From the NCBI RefSeq assembly GCF_964355755.1, contig NC_092671.1, positions 9,672,001 to 9,736,000 on the forward strand: a stretch of DNA of 64,000 bases, given 5' to 3'. Under the pieces are notes generated by a model. It did not search any database. It saw nothing but the letters and a program-made list of their open reading frames with translations, and was not told the DNA's origin. Below are positions 10,156 to 22,742 of the stretch, piece by piece. The stretch is from Antedon mediterranea (taxonomy: Eukaryota; Animalia; Echinodermata). Position numbers and translations under genes: made by a program. Every line of letters starts with the position of its first letter. The first letter of the stretch is position 1.

Positions 10156-12389
10156 TAACGCAATGGTGACATCTTTGTATAGTACTGGGAAACGGAGTGG
10201 TAAATAAGGTTCCTCTGCGTCATCTTTTGTTTTTAGGATATTTCACATATTAGGCACTAAAAGAACAATTGTTGTTATATTTTAAATATTTCTAGATTTT
10301 CCCTATGTTGGATGGTTTTATTGTACCGGTCTATATACAGGGATCAAAACACCCAACATCCCCTCCTCTACCTAGTCAACAGTAAACTCGATAGACAGCA
10401 AAAGATCAAGATAGTCAAACGCGACTTTAATTAATTATTTATTTTGAAATGATTACTAAAAGTAGCGCTGCATTACGGAACAGTGCACCCTCTATAGTTC
10501 GATAAGTCACTCAATACAATATAATAATTGATCCAAAAGGGAAATTTAATTTTGCTACTAATTAGGCATGGCAACCAATAGAGGTCTTTGTTTCCATGAC
10601 TCATAATAAACTTTATTTTCAACTTAAGGCACGCTGTAACGTTGAGGGTAGACAGAGTAACACACAGCAGGAATCTTAAACCTTCATTAGAGGTAGAGAA
10701 GTGGAACTGTGTAGCTATGTTAGAGAAACTGTGTTATTACTTTACTGGTTGACTTCTAAAATACTCGCTGAATTTAATCAGACGATACTGTGTTGAATTA
10801 CAATTTGCGCCATGTTTCAGCAAGCGACATGCTGTTTTTGGAATGTTGCTTGATATACTCGGCAGTATATCAACAATGACAATGAACTTAGCAAGTATTC
10901 TAACTAATAGTTATAGATGTAGACTTATGTACCAAACTTATACGATATCCAATGCATATTACACTACGGTTATAAGTCATCGTTATTGTCTGCAAGTTAA
11001 AAACAACATTAAGGAATATCGTAGGAACATTATGGTTCAAAATGGTTTAACTTTGGATCTCTGTTAGAGTACTAATCAAGTTAAAAGTTTCAGCAAAGGT
11101 AAGGATTGATATTAAGTAAAAGTATCGTCTACCTATAATTAATTCAGCCTTTATTTATTCTACAAAAAAAGGATAACATATAAATGAAGACGCGAATTCG
11201 CTTTGTGTTTAAGAAGTTTTAAAGTTTCTTTTATATGTTTGTATAAAATAATCAGATATATTCAATATAATCAATCACTGTACTTTGTTTATCTCTATTT
11301 CATACTTCTTTATTTTCAACGTTGGTTTTGTGTCTATGATATTTTATTCGGACCTCAATGGAAACTAATTCTTTTTTTGCAGGTATAATTGGGTTGTACT
11401 GAATTCATAATCAAATGTTTTTCCTTTGTTTTTTCTCTGATGTTTTTCATTATACTTTTATGTATGATATTCATGATGTATGGATTCGAAATAAAAACAA
11501 AACAATATGATAACATAGAAATAGAATAGACTTTAACGTTGTTTTTGGCATAACCCTTGACCGGTTGTTTCGAATAAATGAAACATGACATCTTTAAAAT
11601 GCTGATTCATGGTCAGACAGAATTCCGGCCACATTTGTCGTTAGTCTGTTATCAATATTGTCCGACCTAATGAGGTTGAACTTTCATTTTTATGGAGGCA
11701 TGCATCGAAAAAATGAGTTGGGTAAGAAATCATAAAGCCGTTTGGGGCGCTGATTTACCTTATGGTTTATGTTGTAAATCTTCCCAGCGTATTTCTAAAG
11801 TGATATTATTACTTTACACCCTCCCCTCTGAATTCATCGCATAGACTTTATCAGTTTTAAATAACTTTATTTCAAACTGATGACATGTGTCTCAAGTTTT
11901 GCATAAATTATTGTTTCCAAAATTCCAGAAAAGCATCATGGGAAATCTACACATCACGCACAATCCACCAACGGGCAAGTGGAATGTTGGTATTGGATGT
12001 AGTGTCTTTTCATTTTGTGAAGTAAACAGTAATTGTACTTATAGCGTAAGTAATCTAAATAGTCTAAATGTTTATATTATGCTTTTGCTTATAATATACA
12101 ACTGAAGTATCAATGAGCAATCTGTTATACTACGATATTCACATTACAGTACAGATCATGTCGGAGTGTTTTTAAGGACTTATAAATTGAATAAACATGA
12201 CTCCTTTAAGTGTGGCAATGGCATTTCTAATGTTTTCTTTACATATTAAATATTAATCATACGCTATTTTAATCTAAATATTCATATGTTACGCAAAGGT
12301 GACAGCTTTAACGCTCATGTACAAAATCCGAATGGAAGGTCTCCTCATAGGTTTATACATCTAATGATGTGTTCCTATATTTTCAGAAT

Positions 12390-14428
12390 ATGAGAAAGGT
12401 TCTAACATGGAGGAAAGTATCGTTGTTTTGCTTGTTTTTTCTTCTAACCTACGTGTTTGTTATTACAGATCTCGGTAGGTATAACTATGATCCTGTTCAT
12501 ACTTATTTATTTACCCGGGTAAACTAACCTAACCGGCTAATGTTAGCGATTTGGCCCATAAGACAAATTACCCGGGTAACTAACCTAACCGGCTAATGTT
12601 AGCGATGTGGCCCATGATACTAACTTACCCGGGTAGCTAACCTAACCGGCTAATGTTAGCGATTTGGCCCATGAGACTAACTTACCCGGGTAACTAACCT
12701 AACCGGGTAACTAACCTAACCGGTTAATGTTACCGATTTAGCCCATGAGACTAACTTACATGGGTAACTAACCTAACCTGGGTAACTAACCTAACCTGGG
12801 TAACTAACCTAACCGGCTACTGTAGGTATAACTATGATCCTGTTCATATTATTTATTTACCCGGGTAAACTAACCTAACCGGCTAATGTTAGCGATTTGG
12901 CCCATAAGACAAATTACCCGGGTAACTAACTTAAGCGGCTAATGTTACTGATTTGGCCCATGAGACTAACTTACCCGGGTAACTAACCTAACCGGGTAAC
13001 TAAACTTACCGGCTAATGTTACTGATTTGGCCCATGAGACTAACTTACCCGGGTAACTAACCTAACCGGGTAACTAAACATACTGAACGGGCCCTATAGA
13101 TGTTTGATGACATTTACTGAAAAAAACCTTGTAGACTACATTGATAAGACACCATTTTATAGTTAATTAACGGTTCCTCATGTAAATAAACCGAACTTGA
13201 TGATGAATATGAGGTGGTTCAGATTCAATCAGCACTCACCTTTCTTAAATTTGGAATACTCCATTGATTGCACACCGTATTGCCTTTCGTGTAGTATTTT
13301 TAACATACAACAATACACGCGGGTTATTTTGTAGCCTACAAATATTTCTTAATCGCTTGTTTTTTCTCTTTTTCGAAACAGATAATTACAAACATGTCCA
13401 ACAATATAAATACGATGGGACAGAAAAAAGAAGAAAACAACACAGTTCCAGGCCCCTTGGAAATGGAATTCCAAAGGTAAATAATTACCTCATAGTTTAA
13501 CATTTTTGATTAGTTCTGACGAATAAAAATGATGATCGAAATATTGTAAACAATATATATATATATGTATTATTTTTTGCAGTTGATAGATGTGAAAAAA
13601 CAAGCCGAGCAGCAATCGAAAAGGAAAGAATTTATACATAATCAGTGTCTACAATCTCCACAACAGTCTATCGAGAGCATACAGGACACAATAGGGAGTC
13701 ATGTGATGATAAACGACAAATATAAACTCATGTTCTGTTACATTCCAAAAATTGGCTGTACAACATGGAAACGAATATTCTTAGTATTGAGCGGGTTTCT
13801 TAACAGCACATTAGACTTGAAACCTGGAGAAGTTAAGGCAGCATTCCCTAATATTACAACTCTGAAACAGCTACCGGCCAAAGAAGCACTTGAAAAACTA
13901 AACACGTATACAAAGATTACATTCGTTCGGCACCCATTCTCACGGGTTTTATCCGCCTTCAGAAGCAAACTTAGACCCGGACTTAAATTTGATTATACGA
14001 AACAATGGCGGGATAACTTAGGCCAGTATATTATGAATCAATACAGATCAAAGGAAAATATAACTGATAATTACGACTTGTCGTTTTCGGAGTTTGTACG
14101 ATATCTTGGAGACAACGCACAGAGACATCACCGCTATTTTAACAACAATCATTTTTACAGTCAGTACAAAACGTGTCTACCTTGTCATGTTAATTATGAT
14201 TACATCGGCACTATGGAAACGTTTAAAGATGATGCGGAATACATGTTGAATACATTAGTGCGAGATCGCTTTGTAGAATTGCCAATAGTGTCGGGTACAA
14301 ATAGTTCATCTTTACGGTTACAGGGGGACTATTATTTTAAAGTTCCGTTAGACTATTTGGAATTACTGTACAAGCGCTACAGAGATGATTTCAAAATGTT
14401 TGGATATTCTCCAAATGGGTTTTTGTGA
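12390..14428 (+). CDS. Carbohydrate sulfotransferase (Sulfotransfer_2 / HNK-1ST family, CHST11-like), 3 coding exons
   Basis: Exons 12390-12474 (MRKVLTWRKVSLFCLFFLLTYVFVITDL, type II membrane anchor), 13382-13476 (stem) and 13583-14428 join in frame through GT-AG introns. The PAPS-binding motifs CYIPKIGCTTWK and FVRHPFSRVLSAFRSK are present, with C-terminal CLPCHVNYDYIGTMETF and YRDDFKMFGY. Confidence 0.93.
12475..13085. repeat. Intronic minisatellite (~56 bp unit) with a higher-order duplication
   Basis: The unit ttacccgggtaactaacctaaccggctaatgttagcgatttggcccatgagactaac is repeated. The leader gtaggtataactatgatcctgttcata occurs at both 12475 and 12822. Confidence 0.9.
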
Positions 14429-14647
14429 ATTATTTCATAAATATTTAATTTATTTAAAAAATCAATAGAAAAATAATAAAATGTATTTATAAAATCAAGT
14501 TGTTGTGCAGTTTCTCTTGTATATTATAAAAGAATATGAATTGTATAATTGAATAAGAATTTGAATTATTAATAACCTTTAAGCCTAGACCAACAAAAAA
14601 TTTCAATGGGAAATTTGACAGCTGACGTTATCATTATTGTTTATTTA

Positions 14648-15252
14648 TTACCTCCGCCAAGGAGGTTATGTTTTCATCCCTGTATGTTTGTGTGTATGTT
14701 TGTGTGTGTGTTTGTGTGTTTGTGTGTGTGTCTGTGAACAGCCTGGAGGCCACAGTTTTTATCCGATTCTAACCAAATTTGGACACAATGATCTATGCCC
14801 AAAAAGCTCGGACGAGTTCGAATTTGAGGGGGAAAGGTCATAGGTCGAGGTCACAACTAACAAAAAACTATTTTACTGTCTAGAGACCACAGTTTTGATC
14901 CGATTCTCACCAAACTTAGCCACAATGATCAATGACACATCATATAATTGTGGTTACATTTTGAAGGGTCAGGGTCAAAGATCAAGGTCCACCAAAAAAA
15001 AAAAAATAAAAAATAAAAAAATAATTAAAAAAAAAAAACCCTCAGTGGGGCTTGAACCAGCGACCTCAACTGTGAGAGGCTGGATACATAACCATTACAC
15101 CACACTGTCATCCACAACTTTGTAGTGTGCAGTTAACATATTTACACTTAGAACTAATAAAAAAAATGTTAAAAAAAAATATTCAGGGGGCATTTTATGT
15201 AGAGGAATTTTACAGTAGGCGGAGGTTTGTACTCTCGGAGTACCCTCTAGTT
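14648..15252 (+). mobile_element. Helentron-associated non-autonomous element (HINE/DINE-1-like)
   Basis: Starts ttacctccgccaaggaggttatgtttt followed by a (GTTT/GT)n microsatellite. Ends with the subterminal inverted repeat ggcggaggt, a hairpin gtactctcggagtac and ctagtt. This is the typical HINE layout. Confidence 0.7.
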
Positions 15253-17789
15253 TATTTTATTTTAACACAGTGATTTAATTAATTATGCAAAAAAATTAAT
15301 AGCTTATATTTTAATTCGGGTTAGCCTTCATAATGAAAAGACATCGCATACATTATAAACTGAAACTCTGTATAGGCTACTGTACACCTGTGAGCGAATG
15401 AAATATTATTATAACGAATTACATGTACTAGATGGCACGCTCGCTTCGCTCGCGTACCATCTAGGGGTGCTCACAGATGGTTCTCGAATACAGTAGAATC
15501 CACGGACGGGGACTTTTTTGGGACACTAAACAAAAACGGAAGTGTCCCCCTAATTGGGGTATTCAGAAATAGAGACAACAAAACCAATACTGGATTCCAT
15601 AAAGGACAATTAATTTATGTGGATTAAAGAAATTAGGGAGAAATGGAAATGTATGTACGGGAATTGGGCGGCACGTGGTGGTGGTGATGGAACCGCAGTA
15701 ATAAAGTTGATTGTATTTATATATTATAAGAACCAAACTAAATAAATAGACCTAGACATTCTGCGAAATGGAAATCGGAAATGCAAGCTCCTATTCAGTG
15801 AAAAATTAAACTGTAGTCTACCTAAATATTTAGGGCAAATCATCGGTTGTGGTGTTGAAATTCCTGTAAACATTTGTGTGAACCAAACTGGGTCGAATTT
15901 CTGTCATGAGTACTGATTTGTTGGCCTGTGATTTATGACGCCTAAGGGATCTATCTAGACTTATTTTTTAGAATAATGTACGTACCTGTCAGATACAATT
16001 GTCTTGTGTCGTATAATAAATAAGTACTGTAATAGTTACTGAAGTTACTATTACAATCTCGTCAATGAAAACACGAAAATGTATATGCACTTACTTATGA
16101 AAACGTATACAGTATTATACTCAGTTATTGAAACAGTAGGTTTAAAAAAGTTTCGTTTGTCTGTAAAATGATGTAATCAAGCTGTTTACATGAGTCTTAA
16201 TTTATAAGCACATCAAACTTACATAGAAAGTAGGGTATCATAAATTTGGCCTTAGCACTCGGGGGAGTGGCTAAGATGAAGTCCGTGGGACTACTAAATA
16301 TAAATTGTAATGAACCTCGAGGGACATAAATAGGAATATTTCATGTTTCATTATCAATGTATAATAAATGGAAACTGTTTACCGATTCAAATAATAGAAA
16401 TTGGTTTTTAACATTTTCCGAACCTATTGCAAGTTTATTCTCAAAGGGCCCATATATTTACCTACCGTATGTGTTAAACCAAGGGCTCATAAATTTACCT
16501 ACAGTACTTGTGTTAAACCAAACTCTGGCAGACTGAGAGATTGGGATGTTCCATTCATCGCAAATCAATACATTTGTATAATCGTATATTAAATCTATCA
16601 AAATAGTATTTTTTAAAGAAAATCGGCCTGTCTTCAACATTATGATGGTGTACTCTAGCTGTTCAACCGGTTTTCAGCTATTAAAAACAATTATCGTAGA
16701 AGGAGATAGAAAAATTCGAAGCCTCCTCGCATTTTTTTGGCGGGTATTTTTCAAGATGGACATCCATTAGACAGTGTATACCACGATCGGAAAACACCCC
16801 TATTTGGGGCAAATCGTTGAACCTAAATTCGTTTTAATCGTCAATAACTAATTATCTAACTCAATTTAATTAGTAAACAGGGTTACATCAGGCGGTTAAA
16901 ATCAGTACCGAAAGTACGAACCAACTTTACATACCATCGAGTGAAAATTCTAGAAGTAAGGCGCGATTTACCGAATTTTGCCCTTACGTAAATTTATATA
17001 TAGATACTAGTAACTGTACACCAGTAAAATAATAAGATCTAACGGTGTGATTGAGATCTAAACGATAGGTACAGTGCCTAGGGTGATGTACTTTAAAATA
17101 CTCGCCCCACCACCACAATGATATTGATACACACTGGTCTGAACGTATCCCCCATGCGTCTTTTGTGTTGTTTACTGCTGAATCTGCCGCGCATTTATGC
17201 CTCGATACGTCAACACCCAACTTGAAGATGTGTTTGTCTAGGCGGGCTAATGAATTCGTCTAGGCCATGACAGACAAGACATTTCACTGATGAAACGTAT
17301 TCTCAAGTGTAAATGAATGTCTTATATTCTATAGAGGCATCACGACATAACAAGATTATTTAATTATACTCTTTAACAATTCCCCCTTTTGTTTCAATTT
17401 GAAAACAGACTAAATTGAATTAATATGTTTCAAACTTTGGTCAATTTAGAGAAAGGAAACACATTTGCTATTAATATAACGTATGAAGTTATAATCTAAA
17501 CCATGAGGTGGCTAAAGGCATAAACAAGGTAGTTGATATTCGCAAACGCATACACAATCAACACAACCAATTTAGCAGAATGTGAACAATGTGTGTCTAA
17601 TACGGCATAGATCTATATTGTTTTGAAATGCACATTATTACTTGCGCATGATAAATAGAAAAACAGGTAGGAGCTAGCCTACACTGTATGTAAACATGAC
17701 TGAATATTATTTGGATCAGCTGTAGTCTAAGTAGTAATATAGAACGAGAAAGGGTTTTTAAGAATCTGTGGTCAAATAATTTTTATCCA

Positions 17790-18410
17790 ATTGGATCACA
17801 TGATTTTATCCGGATCACAGAATGTTAGTCGGATCACACAATGTTTGACCGGATCACATAATGTTTATCAGGATCACATAATGTTTATCCGGATCACAGA
17901 ATGTTAGTCGGATCACGCAATGTTTGACCGGGTCACATAAAGTTCATTCGGATCACATAATGCTTATCCAGATAACATAAATGTTAGAGTTATAATGTAA
18001 TGTTAGTTATCTGAATCACAAAATCTTCACCCAGATCAATAATGTTCATCCGGGTCATCTAATTCTTATCCAAATCACACAATATTCATCCGAGTCACTT
18101 AATGCTAATCAGTCACTTAATGTTAGTTGGGGTTACCTAATGTTTATCCAGATCACATAACGTTCATCCGGGTCACTTAATGTTAGTCAGAGTCACATAA
18201 TGTTAGTTGGGTCACATAATATTTATCTAAATCATAATGTTCACCCAGATCATATGTTTATCCGGAAAACATAATGTTCACCCGATCATATGTTTTATTC
18301 GGATCACATAATGTTTATTACTCATATAAATAATGTTTGTCCGGGTCACATAATGTTCATCCCGGTCACACAATGTTTATTCGTGGCACATATTTTTCAT
18401 CAGGATCAAT
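17790..18410. repeat. Degenerate minisatellite, ~20 bp unit
   Basis: About 30 copies of ggatcacataatgtttatcc and variants. Confidence 0.9.
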
Positions 18411-19756
18411 ATGGTCAATGGTTTATTAAGACAAGTATATAACATACATGCTCACAATTGATAAAAACAAATTCACGAAAATAATTTTATTTTTATATGT
18501 TATAATTTTATTTTCATATGTTGTAATTAATAGATGATTGAATACCACAAAACACTATGATTTGTCACGTTCCTCATACAAATTAATTTAAACGAAACAA
18601 AGTGAAATACAGTAGGCGGGCATGCGATAACGTGTCAATTACGGTGACTTCCGAACTCCACGCTTTTGATTTCTAAGGTTAGCCTCATGCATGCTAAAAA
18701 TAATATAACTAAACGGTCATGGATAAATTGAAGCAAACAGATACCTGGACGTGTTAAAATTGGTTTTAGCCCATGCAGAGATGTTTGTTTTTGTTGTACG
18801 AGAATATTGGTTGCGGGATTTAGTATAAGTAGTCCTACTGGGCAAAAAGAATCACATTCACCGGTTAATAGCTGCGTACGGTATAAGATCTCAACAATTT
18901 TCACTAGAATTTATTTATAGTTTCTTATTTTTAAGATCGTACGTGAACTTTGTATCTAACTAACTAACTGTCTATAAAAGACTGAGCATAGACTAGCTTG
19001 CATAGAAATAATCGGTAAGTTTTATTTTACTAATTCGAAACAAAAATAACATCCCTCACGTATGCCTACGTCATGTAAAGAAGCCAGGGGAACTAATGTC
19101 ATTTCAAGATTGTCACCACTGAGAAGATGATTCATGCAAGATTCGCACGGTAAACATAGGCTATTATGACGCTCAATCTTCAAATTACGTACAACTATGG
19201 ACTGTTATGAGGTGCATAATATTACAGGATAGATAACAATAATTTAGTTTATCCTTAACAAGGCAATATTATAGCATAATTATTGAATTTTAAAAAGTTG
19301 ATATTTTGCCCATTTTTCGAAAGAATTTTCCTGTACTAAAGTACAGGAAAATTATTCGAAAAATTTCGACCTATTTATTTTTTGCCAAAACTAGATACTA
19401 TGGCTGTATTAGATAATGATAACACAATATTAAATGTAGACTCATTTCAGGCATTAGCCCGTGGAGTAGAAAAAGTCGTGAGTTACAACCCTGACACAGG
19501 TCAAGATTCAACCCTGGACATTGTGACCGGAAAGGCACGTTAATCACCAAGCTCCGCTACAAAATAATCATCACTGTCAAATGCTAATTGAATATTAAAT
19601 ACAGGAAAATCTAAGATAGAATGCTGACCTAAACACGTGCGAAATATTAAGTTCTTGCTTGGTTGACAAACAGAATATTTGATGTGGGCGCGTGACACTT
19701 GACCAATCACAGGCACATACAAGAATCGCGTAACAACAAAGGGGACCTCTTGATGA

Positions 19757-20412
19757 GTGACAGTGGCCGTGTGTATACTAGTACACCGGGGCAACCCCCT
19801 ACTCGTCTCGAAAGATGTATTAGGTTCTTTAAAGTGCAAATGAGACAGATGTGTACACTGGACCTACGGTTTATAGTCCTCATCCGAGAAGACTCGTTCT
19901 ACCACCAGAACCATGGTGCGAGTGAGACTCGAACCCTTGCCGATGTTAATATTATATATATTAACATTTAGTTTAGAATTAATGTTCTTTGCCTGATTTG
20001 TTTATATATATAAAAGTATCTCTTTGGAGATTCCGCCTCGTGAATAAAAATACTGTAAGATGAGGGCGTATCAATTTGATCTCTGGTGCGCGTGCGTACA
20101 ACTGAGGACTAGTGCTGTTCCGCCGTACCACGCCGAGAATGTTAAAGAGTCGCTATCCAATCGAGTTCGAACAATACCATGAAAGCCCCAGTGGTCTAAT
20201 GGTTAGGACATCTGCATATCAAGCAGGCGGTCCGAGTTCGAGTCTCGGTTGGGGGGACTTTTTCTCATTCTCACAGATTTCCTCATCTTTATCGTTTCAA
20301 ATTAATTAATTAAATTTCAGTATATCACCGGGCGGTTTAGAATTAATGTTCTTTGCCTGATTTGTTTATATATATATATATGTTAACTTAACCGCTTGGC
20401 CACTTGCCGCTC
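19757..20412 (-). mobile_element. DeuSINE-like tRNA-derived SINE, split by an insertion at ~19950-20385
   Basis: 19757-19948 is the reverse complement of the body of the SINE at 28856-29176. The missing A-box head (aagtggccaagcggttaag) is found at 20387-20412. Confidence 0.8.
20185..20256 (+). pseudogene. tRNA-like sequence (Asp-like, ATC anticodon) inside a repeat
   Basis: Folds as a cloverleaf: A box TGGTCTAATGG, anticodon arm TCTGC-ATATCAA-GCAGG, T arm CCGAG-TTCGAGT-CTCGG. The anticodon is atypical and position 32 is a purine. A second copy lies at 28679-28751 (-). Confidence 0.65.
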
Positions 20413-20729
20413 TTGATCAACCTTTATACCTACTCTAGGCCTATATGATATTTGTATTTGATTGTTACTTTCTGTTGTTTCTAGAGGCTATAGTGTTTCT
20501 GTACTCCTGCTAGATAACCTAACTAGGCCTTAATTTAGTTTGAAAGTACCGTATGGACGTTTTCTAATCATAGAACTATTTATTGACTATGTTTTAATGA
20601 ATCATGACAGTTGGCCCAAGAAACTTATATTCAACATGCAATACAATGGGAATTTCATTTCCTTGACACTTTAAGATTAATTTCCAAGTCCCTATAGTTC
20701 AAATATCAAAATAGGCAATTTCATAGTAG

Positions 20730-21572
20730 TAAAACGGTTAGAAGCATGCACTGCTGAGATTAGTAAATGGATGGGCTCCAACTTCCTCAAGCTAAATGAT
20801 AAAAAGACCGAGGTGATCCTATTTGGTTCTGTTCAGCAGAGAAAAAAGATCCGGTTTGATGGCCTACATATTGGTGGCGTACTAGTCAATCCATCATCAG
20901 AAGTTCGTAACCTTGGTGTACAACTTGATTGTAAAATGACCATGGAATCACATATCAACAAAATCTGCCGATCTGCTATTTTCCATTTATGTAACATCGC
21001 CAAGATCAGACGTCACTTGAACCATTGTGCAACAGAGCAGATTGTACATGCTTTTGTTACCAGTCGGCTTGATATGGGAAATTCCCTGCTGTATGGTCTG
21101 CCAAAGAAGCAGTTGCGGACTCTCCAGAAGGTGCAAAATTGGGCAGCTCGCTTGGTGATGTGTGCCAAGAAGTATGATCACGTCACACCATTGTTCAAAG
21201 AGTTAAATTGGCTACCCATGGAGTCACGTGTTAAATTTAAGATCCTGCTGCTGGTGTTCCGATGCCTAAATAGTTGCGCTCCAAAATATCTCTCAGAATT
21301 GTTGACAGTCAAGAAGGGAAAGCGAGAACTAAGATCTAGTCATCAGGTGCTACTGGACATTCCAAGGAGCAAACATAGTTGGGGAGATCGGACTTTCAGT
21401 GTTGCTGGACCTAGGCTCTGGAACCACCTACCCTTGAACATTAAACACACATCATTATTGAGTCACTTTAAGTCACTACTCAAAACTCACCTTTTCTGAT
21501 TTTTTTACAGCGCCATGAGCAATGAATGTTGGAATGGCGCTATATAAATCGAACGATTGATTGATTGATTGA
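20730..21572 (+). mobile_element. 5'-truncated L2/CR1-group LINE (C-terminal part of ORF2 plus 3' tail)
   Basis: ORF 20771-21499 has typical ORF2 C-terminal motifs (WMGSNFLKLNDKKTEVI, VRNLGV, FVTSRLD, LQKVQNWAARL, HVTPLFKELNWLP, FSVAGPRLWNHLP, FKSLLKTHLF). It is followed by the stem-loop gcgccat...atggcgc and a (gatt)n tail. Confidence 0.93.
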
Positions 21573-22742
21573 AAAGAGTTTCATTATGCTCTGTATTATT
21601 AAGTTTTCTTTTGCTACATCGCCCTCTACGGTAGGATATACACATCAATCAACGACGCAGGTATAAAAAAAACTTCAGAAGAAATAATACTAAACCAGGT
21701 TATAAATGGCATGGTCGTACAAAGTATATAAATAATGCAAGATTTTTAAAGGTGATTTATGGTAATTCGTCCATAAAATAAATTGATATCATTGGAGTGA
21801 CTTTTTGTATACTTTATTTTTTTTAATAGTTACTTTGGTCGGCATCAATTACCGCTGACGACTAGGTCATACTCACGCATGTGCAGTATGTTCTATCCAT
21901 CATGAACGCCAATGTGGCAAATAAAATCTGCACAAAACATAAATAAAAAAGCACAGTTCTGGTTGTTACTTATGGCTTAATTGATATTCTTTATTGGCAT
22001 GTGGCACAATTATTATCAAAATTACCTAGTACCAAAGTAATTAGAAGTAGGCCTAATTCATCTTTTAAGCATTACTTTTTTTTATTTCCTATTTTAAGGC
22101 CTATAGATTTTATACAATTTCTATCTTCTATATTCACTAAAACAGTAATATTTCTCATTTATAGAAGAAGGGTTAATCAGAGATCACGTTGATTTCCCGA
22201 GGACAGTGTTTTATGATATTAATCATCTTTACGTTTAGTTGAATACTAGGAAAATGTGGGTGCCACAAAGGATATGTAAATATTGCTATAGGGCCTAACG
22301 CAGTTAATAAACAAAAACAGTCTTTGCAAATATAACGTTTGGTTCTTCTTCGTCGTCTTCTGTGAGATAGGCGTTATGCATAATCGAATAAAGTATTATA
22401 TAATGTATCTAGTGGTAAATTACAGCGGTCATGTAAATCATAAACGTTTAGTTTTTCCATTTTTGTTTTAAAACTGTTGCACAAAATTGCCATCGCATGC
22501 ATGTATAAGCTTACATAGCAGTTTTCTATTATATGGGGATCTAAACAAGTAGTTTCGAGATTGTGATTTGAATTGGCATTTACTAGTCATCTTGTCCAAA
22601 CGATATGCACAGGGCCGCCTTGGGAGATGTTAAGTAATTGTTTTCCTGCTGAATAATATTTGGAAACTCTTGGAAAATCTCCATGTCACACATCACATGC
22701 ATTCTCTATAGCGTCGCCAATGTTAATTATTTTGTTTCCAAA

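Noticed and set aside
20185-20256. Functional tRNA-Asp gene
   Set aside because: The ATC anticodon is not the normal eukaryotic Asp isoacceptor, the first acceptor pair is mismatched, position 32 is a purine, and it is embedded in a repeat with a diverged second copy.
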